From NCBI GenBank assembly GCA_963771355.1, contig CAVYTA010000006.1, positions 1,248,001-1,312,000 of the forward strand: 64,000 nucleotides of DNA. Direction: 5' to 3'. The DNA comes from an uncultured Candidatus Rokubacteria bacterium. Its GTDB lineage: Bacteria; Methylomirabilota; Methylomirabilia; Rokubacteriales; CSP1-6. Of this stretch, positions 51,826 through 64,000 are shown piece by piece (position 1 is the first letter of the stretch; every line of letters starts with the position of its first letter). A program made the position numbers and the translations under genes. The notes beneath the pieces are model-generated. The model did no database searches. It saw nothing but the letters and a program-made list of their open reading frames with translations, and was not told the origin of the DNA.

Positions 51826-52532
51826 TTTCCCGCCGCGAGCCTACGGTAGACTTCCTGATACGCTTCCTCCACCCCACCGAGGTCCTGGCGGAAGCGATCC
51901 TTGTCGAGCTTCTCTCGCGTCTCGGCATCCCACAGCCGGCAGGTGTCGGGGCTGATCTCGTCGCCTAGCATGAGCTTGCCGCCCGCCCGCCCGAACTCGA
52001 GCTTGAAGTCCACCAGCAGAAGCGCCTTCCGCGCCAGGTAGGGCCGCAGGACGGCATTGATCTTGAGCGCGGTGCGGCGGATCCAGGCGAGCTCCTTGGG
52101 GGTGGCCAGCTTGAGCATGCGCACGTGGTCGTCGTTGATCATCGGGTCGCCGAGGGGGTCGGACTTGAGGTAGAGCTCGACGATGGGCGGCCGCACCGGG
52201 GTGCCCTCGGCCAGACCCGTGCGCTTGGCCAGGCTCCCCGCCACCACGTTGCGGACGATGGTCTCGATCTTGATGATGTCGAGCCGCCGGCAGAGCATCT
52301 CGCGGTCCGACAGCCGGGAGACGAAGTGGGTGGGGATCCGCGCCTTGCCCAGGCGCTCGAAGAGCAGGGCGGACATGCGGTTGTTCACCACGCCCTTGCC
52401 CAGGATGGTGCCACGCTTCAAGGCATTGAAGGCAGTGGCGTCGTCCTTGAAGTACTGGATGACGAGGCCCGGCGTGTCGGTGGTGTAGACGATCTTGGCC
52501 TTGCCCTCGTAGATCTTGTCGCGCTTTTCCAT
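51822..52532 (-). CDS. purC: SAICAR synthetase
   Basis: YEGKAK, FKDDATAFN, DFKLEFG, DEISPDTCRLWD, DKDRFR. Confidence 0.97.
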   Translation of the reverse strand: MEKRDKIYEGKAKIVYTTDTPGLVIQYFKDDATAFNALKRGTILGKGVVNNRMSALLFERLGKARIPTHFVSRLSDREMLCRRLDIIKIETIVRNVVAGSLAKRTGLAEGTPVRPPIVELYLKSDPLGDPMINDDHVRMLKLATPKELAWIRRTALKINAVLRPYLARKALLLVDFKLEFGRAGGKLMLGDEISPDTCRLWDAETREKLDKDRFRQDLGGVEEAYQEVYRRLAAGK

Positions 52533-52546
52533 GGGGAGCCCCGCGG

Positions 52547-53842
52547 TCAAAGGAGATGCAGGCGGCGGTAGATGGCGTCCACGTTCCGCAGGTACCACGT
52601 GGGGTCGAAGCACTCGGCGAGCGCGGCAGAGGGCAGGCGCGCCGTCACCTCGGGGTCGGAGGCCAGGAGCTCGCGGAAGGACGTCCGCTCGCTCCACGCG
52701 CGCATGGCGTTCCGCTGGACGAGCTCGTAGGCCTGCTGGCGGGGCAGGCCGGTCTCGGTGAGGCGGAGAAGCACCCGCTGGGAGTACATGAGGCCGAAGC
52801 TCCGCTCCATGTTCTCCCGCATGCGCTCCGGGTACACGCGCAGGCCCTCGAGAATGTCCGACATCCGGTGGAGCATGTAGTCCAGCAGGATGGTGGAGTC
52901 GGGGAGGATCACCCGCTCCACCGAGGAGTGGCTGATGTCCCGCTCGTGCCAGAGGGCCACGTTCTCCAGCGCGGCCCCGGCATTGCTGCGGAGGAGGCGG
53001 GCGAGCCCGGTGACGTTCTCCGACCCCACCGGGTTGCGCTTGTGGGGCATGGCGCTACTGCCCTTCTGCCCTTCCGCGAACGGCTCCTCCGCCTCGCCGA
53101 TCTCCGTCCGCTGCAGCGAGCGGATCTCCACCGCCACCTTCTCCAGCGAAGCAGCGACGATGGCCAGGGTGGTCATGAGCTCTGCGTGCCGGTCACGCTG
53201 GACGATCTGGCTCGACACCGGCGCCGGCTCGAGCCCCAGGAGGTGGCACGCCTCCTCCTCCACGTCCGGCTCGATGTGGGCGAAGGTCCCCACCGCGCCG
53301 GAGATCTTCCCCACGCGCACCGTCTCCCGGGCGCGGCGCAACCGCTCGAGGTTGCGGCCCGCCTCCGCGTACCAGAGCGCGGCCTTGAGACCGAACGTCA
53401 TGGGCTCGGCGTGGATGCCGTGACTCCGGCCCACGCAGAGGGTGTGCCGGTGGGTGAGGGCGAGCGCACGCACGGCGGCGCGGAAGCGCTCGAGCCCCGC
53501 GAGGAGGATCTCGCACGCCTGCTGGAGCTGCAGGGCGAGCGCGGTGTCCAGCACGTCCGACGAGGTCATCCCGATGTGGACGTACCGGGAATCCGCGCCG
53601 ATGGCCTCCTCGAGGTTGGTGAGGAAGGCGATGACGTCGTGGCGGGTGGTGGCCTCGATCTCCTCTATTCGATGGGGGTCGACCTTGGCTTGGGCCTTGA
53701 TCCGATTGAGCGCGTCGCCGGGAATGACGCCCCGGCGCCCGTAGACCTCGCAGACGGCCAGCTCCACCCGGAGCCAGTTATCGTACTTGGCCTCCTGGCT
53801 CCAGATCCGGGCCATCTCCGGACGTGAGTAGCGCTCGATCAT
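52547..53842 (-). CDS. purB: adenylosuccinate lyase
   Basis: MIERY, RHDV, GRSHGIHAEP, GSSAMPHKRNP. Confidence 0.97.
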   Translation of the reverse strand: MIERYSRPEMARIWSQEAKYDNWLRVELAVCEVYGRRGVIPGDALNRIKAQAKVDPHRIEEIEATTRHDVIAFLTNLEEAIGADSRYVHIGMTSSDVLDTALALQLQQACEILLAGLERFRAAVRALALTHRHTLCVGRSHGIHAEPMTFGLKAALWYAEAGRNLERLRRARETVRVGKISGAVGTFAHIEPDVEEEACHLLGLEPAPVSSQIVQRDRHAELMTTLAIVAASLEKVAVEIRSLQRTEIGEAEEPFAEGQKGSSAMPHKRNPVGSENVTGLARLLRSNAGAALENVALWHERDISHSSVERVILPDSTILLDYMLHRMSDILEGLRVYPERMRENMERSFGLMYSQRVLLRLTETGLPRQQAYELVQRNAMRAWSERTSFRELLASDPEVTARLPSAALAECFDPTWYLRNVDAIYRRLHLL

Positions 53843-53844
53843 GG

Positions 53845-55109
53845 CTAGCCGCGGAGGGTATCGCGGGGCAAGTTGCGCTTGTCGACCGGGCCCAGCGTCA
53901 CGAGGGCGAGCTGCTCCTCGTCCAGCACGCGGTGGAGCAGCGCCTCCACGTCGTCGGGACGGACGGCGTCGAAGGCGGCGAGCATCTCGTCGAGGGTGAG
54001 GAAGGACCCGAAGCGCATCTCCTGCTTCGCCAGCCGGTTCATACGGCTGGAGGTCGACTCCAGCGACAGCATGAGGTTGCCCTTGAGGTGATCCTTGGCC
54101 CGCCGGAGCTCCTCGAGGCTGACGCCGTCCTTCTTGAGCCCGCGCGTCTCCTTCAGCACCGCCTTGAGCACCTTGCCGAAATTCGCCGGCTCGGTGCCCG
54201 CGTACACGTAGAGGACCCCGGTGTCGCGGTAGCCCTGGGTGCCGGAGTGCACGGAGTACACCAGCGCCTGCCGCTCGCGAATTTCCTGGAACAGGCGGGA
54301 CGACATGCTCCCGCCGATGATGTCATTGAGGAGGTACAGCGCGTAACGCTCGGGGGCGATGTCGGCAATGCCGGGAAAGCCCAGCACCATGTGCACCTGC
54401 TCCAGCGGCTTGGCCACCATGTGGATTCCCGGGCGGAGGGTGGGCGGCGCGCCCTCCCGGGGCGTGGTGGGGCGCCCGAAGCCCTCGAAGCTCGAGGCGA
54501 AGAGCTGGTACACCTGCTCGTGCTCGACGTGACCGGCCACCGCCACCGTGATGCGTCCCGGCACGTACTCCTCCTCGAAATGCCGGAGAATGGTGGCCCG
54601 GTCGAACGCCTTCACCCGCTCCCATTGGCCGAGGATGGGGCGGCCGAGCGGATGCCCGGCCCACACCTGCTCCGCGAAGAGATCGTGGATGAGGTCGTCG
54701 GGGGTATCCTCCACCATCTTGATCTCCTGGAGGACCACCGCCTTCTCCTTCTCGATATCCTCCGCCGAGAAGAGCGGCCGCATGAGGATGTCGCTGAGGA
54801 GATCCACCGCCAGGGGAAGGTGCTCGTCGAGCACCCCCACGTAGAAGCACGTGTGCTCCTTCGCGGTGAAGGCATCCATGTGCCCGCCCACCGAGTCGAT
54901 GGCGCGGGCGATCGTCTCCGCGGAGCGGGTGGCGGTCCCCTTGAAGACGAGATGCTCGATGAGGTGGGACATCCCCCCGCGCTCTTCGGGCTCCACGCGG
55001 GAGCCCGTGTCCACCCACACTCCCACCGCCACCGAGCGGACATGCGGCATCGCCTCGGTGACGAGGCGGATGCCGTTGGGGAGAACGGCCTTGCGGTAGC
55101 CCTCCGGCA

Positions 55110-55110
<1 letters not shown>
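53845..55110 (-). CDS. M16 family zinc metallopeptidase
   Basis: HLIEH (HxxEH), GGSMSSRLFQEIRE. Confidence 0.93.
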
Positions 55111-57239
<2,129 letters not shown>

Positions 57240-57333
57240 ATGCGTACTGAACCTCCCGCTGAACGTGTCGCGGTCAGATGGTGGGCCCGGCGCCGCCGGG
57301 TTTGGTGGGGAAGAACACGATCTGGGACCGCGA

Positions 57334-57603
57334 TCACTTGCGGATCCCGAGCTTTTCGGCCAATGTCCGGTAGCGTTCCGCGTCCTTCTTGCGCAGGTAC
57401 TCGAGCAGCCCACGGCGCTTGCCGATGAGCATGAGGAGACCCCGCCGGGAATGATGGTCCTTCAGGTGGGTCTTGAAGTGGTCGGTGAGGCCGGTGATCC
57501 GCTCCGACAGTAGCGCGATCTGAACTTCCGGCGACCCCGTGTCCCCATCGTGCGTCTTGTACTGCTCGATGAGGCTCTTCTTCTTCTCGACGGACAGACG
57601 CAT
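57334..57603 (-). CDS. rpsO: 30S ribosomal protein S15
   Basis: [21 protein letters not shown]. Confidence 0.98.
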   Translation of the reverse strand: MRLSVEKKKSLIEQYKTHDGDTGSPEVQIALLSERITGLTDHFKTHLKDHHSRRGLLMLIGKRRGLLEYLRKKDAERYRTLAEKLGIRK

Positions 57604-57718
57604 GACTCACTCCTTCCGGGGGATCCCCCCCCAATCGCCCAGCCCCCAGAGATCTTGCTGCGTCTCCATCGAGGCGGGTTCCAGGGAAATTTCGAGAAAA
57701 TCGGCTGTAGCGGCTTGT

Positions 57719-57747
57719 ACGGTAACACGGCGCGGTGCCGCTGTAAA
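57719..57747 (-). promoter_or_regulatory. putative rpsO promoter with about 110-nt leader
   Basis: TTTACA-17 nt-TACCGT. Confidence 0.4.
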
Positions 57748-57756
57748 GCCTCGGAA

Positions 57757-58707
57757 TCACTCCTCGAGCGGAAGACGCGGGACGGCGGCGCGGGCGGTCT
57801 CGATGTCGGCCATGACCTGACGCTTGAGGGCGTCCACGTCCGGAAACTTCTGCTCGCCCCGGACCCGATCGTAGAACTGCAGGGTCAGGGTCCGGTCATA
57901 GAGGTCGCCCGAGAAATCCAGCAGGAAGGCCTCCACCCAGTACTGGTGCTCGGCGAAGGTGGGGCGGTAGCCGACATTGACCACGGCCCCCGCCGTGCCG
58001 TCCCCGCCCTCGCCGGACCAGCGCGCCCGCGCCACATAGACGCCGGGGGCCAGGATGAGCGGCCGATCGGGCCGCAGGTTGGCGGTGGGGAAGCCGAGCG
58101 TCCGGCCCCGCCCCGCCCCGCGCAGCACCGGCCCGCTGACCGAGTAGGGGTGGCCCAGGAAGAGTCGCGCGCGGGCGGGGTCGCCGTCACGCAGAGCCTC
58201 GCGGATGGTGCTCGAGGACACGGTCTGCCCGTCCACCTGGAGCGGCGGCAGCACATGCGCGGCGAAGCCGTGACGAGCGCCCAGGGTCTGCAGCAGCGCC
58301 GCGGTGCCGCGGGCGTCGCGCCCGAAGGTGTGGTTGTAGCCCACTACCACCTCGCGGGCGTGGAGCGTCCGCACCAGTACCTCCGTCACGAAGGCCTCGG
58401 CCTCGATGCGCGAGAACTCCAGCGTGAACGGGATGACGAGGGTGGCGTCGAGTCCCGCGCGCGCCATCCGGGCGAGGTTGTCCTCGGTGGTGGCGATGGG
58501 CACCGGCGCCCGGTCGGGATGCAGCACCACCGCCGGGTGCGGCTCGTAGGTGCAGGCGAGCGCCGCGACCCCGAGCGCGCGGGCGCGCTCCACGGTGGTA
58601 CGGAGGATCTTGGCGTGAGCCAGATGAATCCCGTCGAAGGCGCCGAGCGCCGTCACCGACGGAGCGAGCTCAGCGGGGAAGGACGGGAGTCCGCGGAGGA
58701 TCCGCAT
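57757..58707 (-). CDS. ribF: bifunctional riboflavin kinase / FAD synthetase
   Basis: GAFDGIHLAH, VSSSTIR, GRTLGFPTAN, NVGYRPT. Confidence 0.96.
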   Translation of the reverse strand: MRILRGLPSFPAELAPSVTALGAFDGIHLAHAKILRTTVERARALGVAALACTYEPHPAVVLHPDRAPVPIATTEDNLARMARAGLDATLVIPFTLEFSRIEAEAFVTEVLVRTLHAREVVVGYNHTFGRDARGTAALLQTLGARHGFAAHVLPPLQVDGQTVSSSTIREALRDGDPARARLFLGHPYSVSGPVLRGAGRGRTLGFPTANLRPDRPLILAPGVYVARARWSGEGGDGTAGAVVNVGYRPTFAEHQYWVEAFLLDFSGDLYDRTLTLQFYDRVRGEQKFPDVDALKRQVMADIETARAAVPRLPLEE

Positions 58708-59599
58708 GGAGGATTCGCTCGGGTCGCACGTGCCCCGCCTGGGCGGCGCCCACGCCGAGCAGCGCCCCGTCGTCACCATAGACGCGCGCGAGCCCGGAGA
58801 GGGTGGGCGGGGCCGGCACCGCCTGGCCGTGGAGGAAGGCGCGCGTGTGCGGCGCGTCGAGGGTCAGCGCGGGCAGCTCGGCCAGCGCGGAGCCCAGCGG
58901 CTGCAGCGCGGGCCAGAGCCCGGCGCCGTCCCGCGCGTCGCGAAGCGTGGCCCAGGGCACCGCCTCCTCCAGTCGATACGGCCCCACGCGCGAGCGCACG
59001 AGGTGCGCGAGCACCGCGCCCGCTCCGAGGACCTCGCCGAGGTCGGCCGCGAGCGTGCGCACGTAGGTGCCCTTCCCGCACCGCACCCGAATCGTCAGCT
59101 CCGGGAGCGCCAGGTCCTCGAGCGTGATGGCGTGGACCACCACGCGACGGGGCTGCCGCTCCACCTCCGCGCCTTCGCGCGCCAGCTCGTAGAGCCGGCG
59201 GCCCTCGTGATGGAGCGCGGAGTACATGGGCGGGATCTGGTCGATCTCCCCCACGAAGCGCGCCAGCGCGGCGGTGACGGTCGCGGTGTCGAGCGGCGGC
59301 ACCGGGCGAGTGGTCAGGACCTTGCCCGACGCATCCTGGGTATCGGTTGTCAGTCCCAGGCGGACCCGCGCCACGTACTCCTTGTCGAGCGCGGCGAGAT
59401 ACGGCGTGAGCTTGGTCCCCTCGCCCACCAGGATGGGCAGGAGGCCGGTGGCGTCGGGATCGAGGGTGCCTCCGTGGCCGACCTTGGGCGCGCGGAGGAG
59501 ACGGCGAACGTGCGCGACCACCTGAAAGGACGTGACGCCGGGCCCCTTCTCGACGGCGAGAACGCCCGAGCGCGGCGCCCCCGGGCGCGCGGCGGTCAC
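58670..59599 (-). CDS. truB: tRNA pseudouridine(55) synthase
   Basis: KVGHGGTLDPDATG, PPMYSA, KGTYVRTL. Confidence 0.96.
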   Translation of the reverse strand: MTAARPGAPRSGVLAVEKGPGVTSFQVVAHVRRLLRAPKVGHGGTLDPDATGLLPILVGEGTKLTPYLAALDKEYVARVRLGLTTDTQDASGKVLTTRPVPPLDTATVTAALARFVGEIDQIPPMYSALHHEGRRLYELAREGAEVERQPRRVVVHAITLEDLALPELTIRVRCGKGTYVRTLAADLGEVLGAGAVLAHLVRSRVGPYRLEEAVPWATLRDARDGAGLWPALQPLGSALAELPALTLDAPHTRAFLHGQAVPAPPTLSGLARVYGDDGALLGVGAAQAGHVRPERILHADPPRTPVLPR

Positions 59600-60582
59600 C
59601 GGGCGGGCGCGGCGAGGGCCTCGCGAACGGCCGCGAGGACGGTGGCGGTGGCCTCGTCGAGCGTGCCGCGCACGGTGCAACCCGCCGCGTTCTCGTGGCC
59701 GCCCCCACCGAAGCGACCCGCGATGCGGTTCACCGCCACCTCGCCCTTGCCGCGGAGGCTCACTTTCACCATCCCGGGCGCCTCTTCCCGCAGCAGCACC
59801 GCCACCTTCACTCCGCCGATGGAGCGCGGATAGGTGACCACGTCCTCGGCGGCCATGAACTCCTCGGAGACCAGCCCGCGGGGCACCGCCAGCCAGGCCA
59901 CCGCGCCGTTGTCGCCCAGCTGGATGCGGCGGAGCAGCTCGCCCAGCTCGTTGAGCGCGCGCGGGGCGCGGCGCTGGTAGAGCCACTCGGTGACGAGCGC
60001 GGGCTCCGCGCCCGCCTGAGTCAGGTCGGCGGCGATGCGGAACGTGCGCGCGGTGGTGTTGGAGTAGCGGAAGGAGCCGGTGTCGGTGTGGATGGCGGTA
60101 TAGAGATTCAGGGCCACCGCGGGCGTGAGCGACAGGCCCAGCCGTCTCAGGAGCTCCCAGATCATCTCGCCGGTGGCGGCCGCGGTCGGATCGATCCAGT
60201 CCACCGTCCCGTAGCGCCGGTTGTCCGGATGGTGATCGATGTTCAGCACCTGGCCGGCGGCATCGCGCGCGCCCTCGAGCAGCCCCTCGGTGCGCCCGTG
60301 GTTGGGGCAGTCGGTGAGGATCACGACCGGGAACGTTTGCGGCGCCTTCGGCCACACCTCCCAGCGGTCCGCGCCGGGGAGGAATCCCAGCACGTCGGGC
60401 ACCGGATGCGGCCCCGCGAAGCGGACGCGCCATCCCTTGTCTTCGAGGGCCAGCCCCAGGCCCAGCAGGGTGCCGAGCACGTCGCCGTCCGGGTGGACGT
60501 GACCCAGGAGGAGGGCTTCGCCGGGCGGTCGCCCGAGCACGTCGAGCAGCGCCGCGGGGGGCGTGGTGGAGAACTCGCCCAC
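59596..60582 (-). CDS. nrnA: DHH family oligoribonuclease / pAp phosphatase
   Basis: HVHPDGD, IDHH, TDTGSFRY, GGGGHENAAG. Confidence 0.9.
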   Translation of the reverse strand: MGEFSTTPPAALLDVLGRPPGEALLLGHVHPDGDVLGTLLGLGLALEDKGWRVRFAGPHPVPDVLGFLPGADRWEVWPKAPQTFPVVILTDCPNHGRTEGLLEGARDAAGQVLNIDHHPDNRRYGTVDWIDPTAAATGEMIWELLRRLGLSLTPAVALNLYTAIHTDTGSFRYSNTTARTFRIAADLTQAGAEPALVTEWLYQRRAPRALNELGELLRRIQLGDNGAVAWLAVPRGLVSEEFMAAEDVVTYPRSIGGVKVAVLLREEAPGMVKVSLRGKGEVAVNRIAGRFGGGGHENAAGCTVRGTLDEATATVLAAVREALAAPAR

Positions 60583-60587
60583 GGGGC

Positions 60588-60956
60588 TCAGTCCTCGTCG
60601 TCGGGCGGAGCGTCCGGCGGGCGGAGCCCGGACAGGAGCGCCGACATCCGGGCCGCGTGCTCCATGGAGCGGTCGGGACGGAAGAAGAGCTGGGGCGTCA
60701 CGCGGAGATCGAGGTTCTTCCGGAGCCAGCTCCAGATGAAGCCGCGCGCGCTCTCGAGCGCCTTGAAGGAGGACACCCACTTCTCCTCGGGCCCGAGCAC
60801 GGACACGTAGACCTTGGCCTGACGCAGATCGGGGGTGGCGTCCACCTCGGTGATGGTGACGAAGCCCAGACGGGGGTCCTTGAGCTCCCGCTGGACGAGC
60901 CGGGAGATCTCTTCCTTCATCAGCTGGTTGACCCGTTCGAGCCGTTTCGCCTGCAT
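60588..60956 (-). CDS. rbfA: ribosome-binding factor A
   Basis: KDPRLGFVTIT..DLRQAKVYVS, RVTPQLFF. Confidence 0.96.
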   Translation of the reverse strand: MQAKRLERVNQLMKEEISRLVQRELKDPRLGFVTITEVDATPDLRQAKVYVSVLGPEEKWVSSFKALESARGFIWSWLRKNLDLRVTPQLFFRPDRSMEHAARMSALLSGLRPPDAPPDDED

Positions 60957-60969
60957 CGGTCGCGTGCCC

Positions 60970-61260
60970 TCAGAGTACTTCCACGTGGATGTCGGTGACG
61001 TAACCGTCGAGATTGTCCTCGATGAAGTCGAGGGCCTTGGAGATCACCTCGTTGGCGTGGCGCGAGTCGCCCGACACGCAGGCCAGCGCGAGGGTGGCCC
61101 GTTGCCACAGGTCCTGGTGGTCGACCTCCGCCACCGAGATCTCGAAACGGTGGCGGAGCTTCTCCTTGAGCCCTTTCAGCACGTGCCGCTTGCCCTTGAG
61201 CGACCCGACGTCGGGCAGGTGCAGCTCGACCGTCCCCACCGCCACCCGGGCCCCCGACAT
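60970..61260 (-). CDS. DUF503 (YlxP) family protein
   Basis: SLKGKR, FEISVAEVDHQDLWQ; located between infB and rbfA. Confidence 0.92.
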   Translation of the reverse strand: MSGARVAVGTVELHLPDVGSLKGKRHVLKGLKEKLRHRFEISVAEVDHQDLWQRATLALACVSGDSRHANEVISKALDFIEDNLDGYVTDIHVEVL

Positions 61261-61263
61261 CGC

Positions 61264-63856
61264 CTAGAGCGTCCGCGCCACCTCTTCGGTGGTGAACGCC
61301 TCGATGGTGTCGTTGGTCGCCACACCCTTGACACCATCCACGCCGATGCCGCACTCGAGACCCTGCAGCACCTCGCGGACGTCGTCCTTGAAGCGCTTCA
61401 GCGAGCTGATGGTCCCCTCGCCGAGCAGCGTCTCGCCCCGCTTCACCCGCACCCGGGCCCCGCGGACCATCTTGCCCTCGGTGACCGCGCTGCCGAAGAT
61501 CAGGCCGAGCTTCGAGATGGGGAAGACCTGGCGCACCTGGGCGCGGCCGAGAATCGTCTCGCGAATCTCGGGAGCGAGCATGCCCGACAAGGCCGCCCGG
61601 ACGTCGTTGATCACGTCGTAGATGACGCTGTAGCTCCGCACGTCCACCCCGTCGGACTGGGCCTGGCTGGCGGCCTTCGCGTCGGCCTTGACGTTGAAGC
61701 CGAGCACGATGGCGTTGGAGGCGGACGCGAGCATGACGTCGGACTCGTTGACCGCGCCCACCGAGCCGTGGATGACCTTGAGCTTGACCTCATCGGTGGA
61801 CAGGCGCTCGAGCGACTCGGTGAGGGCCTCCACCGAGCCTTGCACGTCGGCCTTGAGGATGAGGCGCAGCTCCTTGACCTCGCCCGACTCGATCTGCTTG
61901 TGCAGCTCCTCGAGGGTGATGCGGGCGGAGCCCTTGCCCTTCAGCTTCTCGCGGTCCGCGCGCACGGTGGCGATCTGCCGCGCCTTGCGCTCGTCGGCGA
62001 CGACCAAGAGGGTGTCGCCCGCCTGCGGGACGCCGGAGAGACCCAGGATCTCGACGGGATCCGCGGGGCCCGCCTGCTGCGTCTTCTTGCCGCGATCGCT
62101 GAACATCGCGCGCACGCGGCCCGACTGCGAGCCCACCACCACCGCGTCACCCTCCTTGAGGGTACCCGACTGGATGAGGGCAGTGGCCACGGGACCGCGC
62201 CCGCGGTCCAGCCGGCCTTCCACGATGACCCCGCGCGCAGCGCGGCTCGGATTGGCCTTGAGCTCGAGGATCTCCGACTGCAGCGCGGTCATCTCGAGGA
62301 GCTGCGCGATGCCGTCGCCCCGCTTGGCCGAGGTGTGGACGAAGATCGTCTGCCCGCCCCAGTCCTCGGGCACGAGTCCGTGATTGGACAGCTCGCGCTT
62401 CACCCGATCCGGTTCCGCGCCGGGCTTGTCGATCTTGTTCACCGCCACGATGATGGGGACCTCGGCGGCCTTGGCATGGTTCACCGCCTCCACCGTCTGC
62501 GGCATCACGCCGTCGTCGGCCGCCACCACCAGGATGACGATGTCGGTGGCCTTGGCTCCGCGCGCCCGCATGGCGGTGAACGCCTCGTGACCCGGCGTGT
62601 CGAGGAAGGTCACCTTGCCGTGGCTGGTCTCGACCTGGTAGGCGCCGATGTGCTGCGTGATGCCGCCCGCCTCCTTCTCCGCCACCCGGGTCTTCCGGAT
62701 GGCGTCGAGGAGCGAGGTCTTGCCGTGGTCGACGTGGCCCATGACGGTGACCACCGGGGGCCGGGACCTGAGCTGTGACGGATCGGTCTCTTCCTCCTCG
62801 AGCACGTCGCCCTCGAGCGAGCGGACCTCCACGTCGAAGCTGAACTTGTCGGCCACCAGCTTGGCCGCGGTGGGATCGAGCACCTCGTTCAAGGTCGCCA
62901 TCACGCCCAGCTCGAGCAGCGCCTTGATCACCTCGCCTGACTTCCGGCGCATCGCCGCGGCCAGCTCGCCCACCGTCACCGACTCGGGCAGCTTGATCAG
63001 CTCGCGCTTCACCTCGACCGGCGGCTCGGGCGGCGGCGGCAGCGGGCGCGTCTCCCCGGGGGCGGCCGGCGCGGCCGCGGGCGGCGCGACGGCGGCGGGC
63101 GCGGCGACGGCCGGCGGAACCGGACGCGCGGGCGGGACCACCACCGGGCGCGGCGGCGAGGGCGGCACGATGCGCGGCGGCGCCGTCATGGGCCCGCGCG
63201 AGGATGGGGGCGCGCCGGGACGCGTCACGCCGGGGGCGGCCGGTGCAGTCGGGACGCCCGGAACCCCAGGGACCCCCGCAGGTCGGCGGGGCGCCATTGG
63301 CGGCGCGGACGGAGCCGGCGGGGCGGCGGCGCGGACGAACGGGTGTCGCCGGCGCGGGCCGGATGGGCTCGACGCGGGACGGCTCGATGCGCGGCGGCTC
63401 GACCTTGGGCGGTTCGATCACCGGCGGCATGGGTACCGGAGACGCGGGCGACACCGCGGCGGGCTCGGCAGGAACCGGGGCGGCCGGCGCGGGACGGAAG
63501 AGGGTGGCGGCGGGCTTCACCAGCTCGACCACTGGCGCGGGCTCCGGCTCGAACTTCGACGCCTTGCCCGGCGCCCCCTTCGCGGCGATCTTGCGCGCAG
63601 GCTTGACCTGCTCCTCGGCGGGCGCCTCGCCCTCCACGGGCGCGGCCTTGGGCTTGGGCACGCGCTTGGGCTTGGCCTCGGGGGCCAGCTCCCGGCCGCG
63701 ACCGAGCTTGGTGCGGAGCTCGTTCGCGGTGGCCACGTCGAGCGGAGTCATGGCGCGCTTGCCCTTGTGGCCCATGCTGTCCAGCGCCAGCAGCAGGTCC
63801 TTGCTGGTGACGCCCAGCTCCTTCGCGAGGTCAATGACCTTCAACCGTCCCGCCAA
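61264..63856 (-). CDS. infB: translation initiation factor IF-2, frameshifted near 63300-63345
   Basis: N-terminal [15 protein letters not shown] (TTG at 63856) is in a different frame from [17 protein letters not shown]. Confidence 0.93.
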
Positions 63857-64000
63857 AGCGTCTCTCCTTTACCCGAGTTCCAGGCCGCCAGCATCGCTTC
63901 TGCGCTCTCCGCCGGCGGCTCCGTCGGCCGCCGGAACGCGTGGTCGAGCCGCCCCTTCCGGAGCGCGCCCACCAGGCACTCGAGGGCCGGACACGCATAG
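63841..64000 (-). CDS. YlxR/DUF448 family protein (partial, 3' end)
   Basis: Manual translation YACPALECLVGALRKGRLDHAFRR..; located just upstream of infB. Confidence 0.75.
   Translation of the reverse strand, partial: YACPALECLVGALRKGRLDHAFRRPTEPPAESAEAMLAAWNSGKGETLWRDG

Noticed and set aside
57604..57756. rpsO autoregulatory leader RNA
   Set aside because: Plausible by position, but I cannot match a specific structure by eye; it needs an Rfam search.
63000..63700. Low-complexity GC repeats
   Set aside because: They encode the Pro/Ala-rich IF2 linker and are not an independent repeat element.
62147..63856. Separate 569-aa protein overlapping infB
   Set aside because: It is the IF2 N-terminus running out of frame after the frameshift.

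Overview
GC-rich bacterial chromosome segment. The gene content (orphan ABC substrate-binding protein, LLM/amidohydrolase/SDR enzymes, REC-adenylate cyclase) resembles Ca. Rokubacteria/Methylomirabilota, which is an inference. The right half (about 34.4-64 kb) is a near-contiguous minus-strand housekeeping block: ylxR-infB-DUF503-rbfA-DHH-truB-ribF-rpsO-pnp-M16 peptidase-purBCSQLFMNH-(MerR/TPR)-purD-tsaC-mobA-hypothetical-thiI-acyltransferase-rpiB-glyA-nrdR. The left half is accessory metabolism, signalling and stress genes. I found no rRNA, tRNA, CRISPR array or mobile element. Highlights: (1) an AhpD/CMD-family protein with an in-frame CxxU (TGA) motif and a SECIS-like hairpin, probably a selenoprotein; (2) a SenB-like glycosyltransferase + methyltransferase + ROK kinase operon, a candidate seleno/thio-sugar pathway; (3) three microproteins missed by the ORF track: a 26-aa zinc finger after Ku, a 12-aa poly-Lys peptide with its own sigma70 promoter, and a 43-aa ArfA-like basic peptide; (4) sigma54-type promoters before Ku and other general-stress genes; (5) a cytochrome c with a contracted CxCH motif; (6) a five-copy tandem repeat in a 5' UTR; (7) frameshifts in infB and an amidohydrolase, plus two gene remnants.
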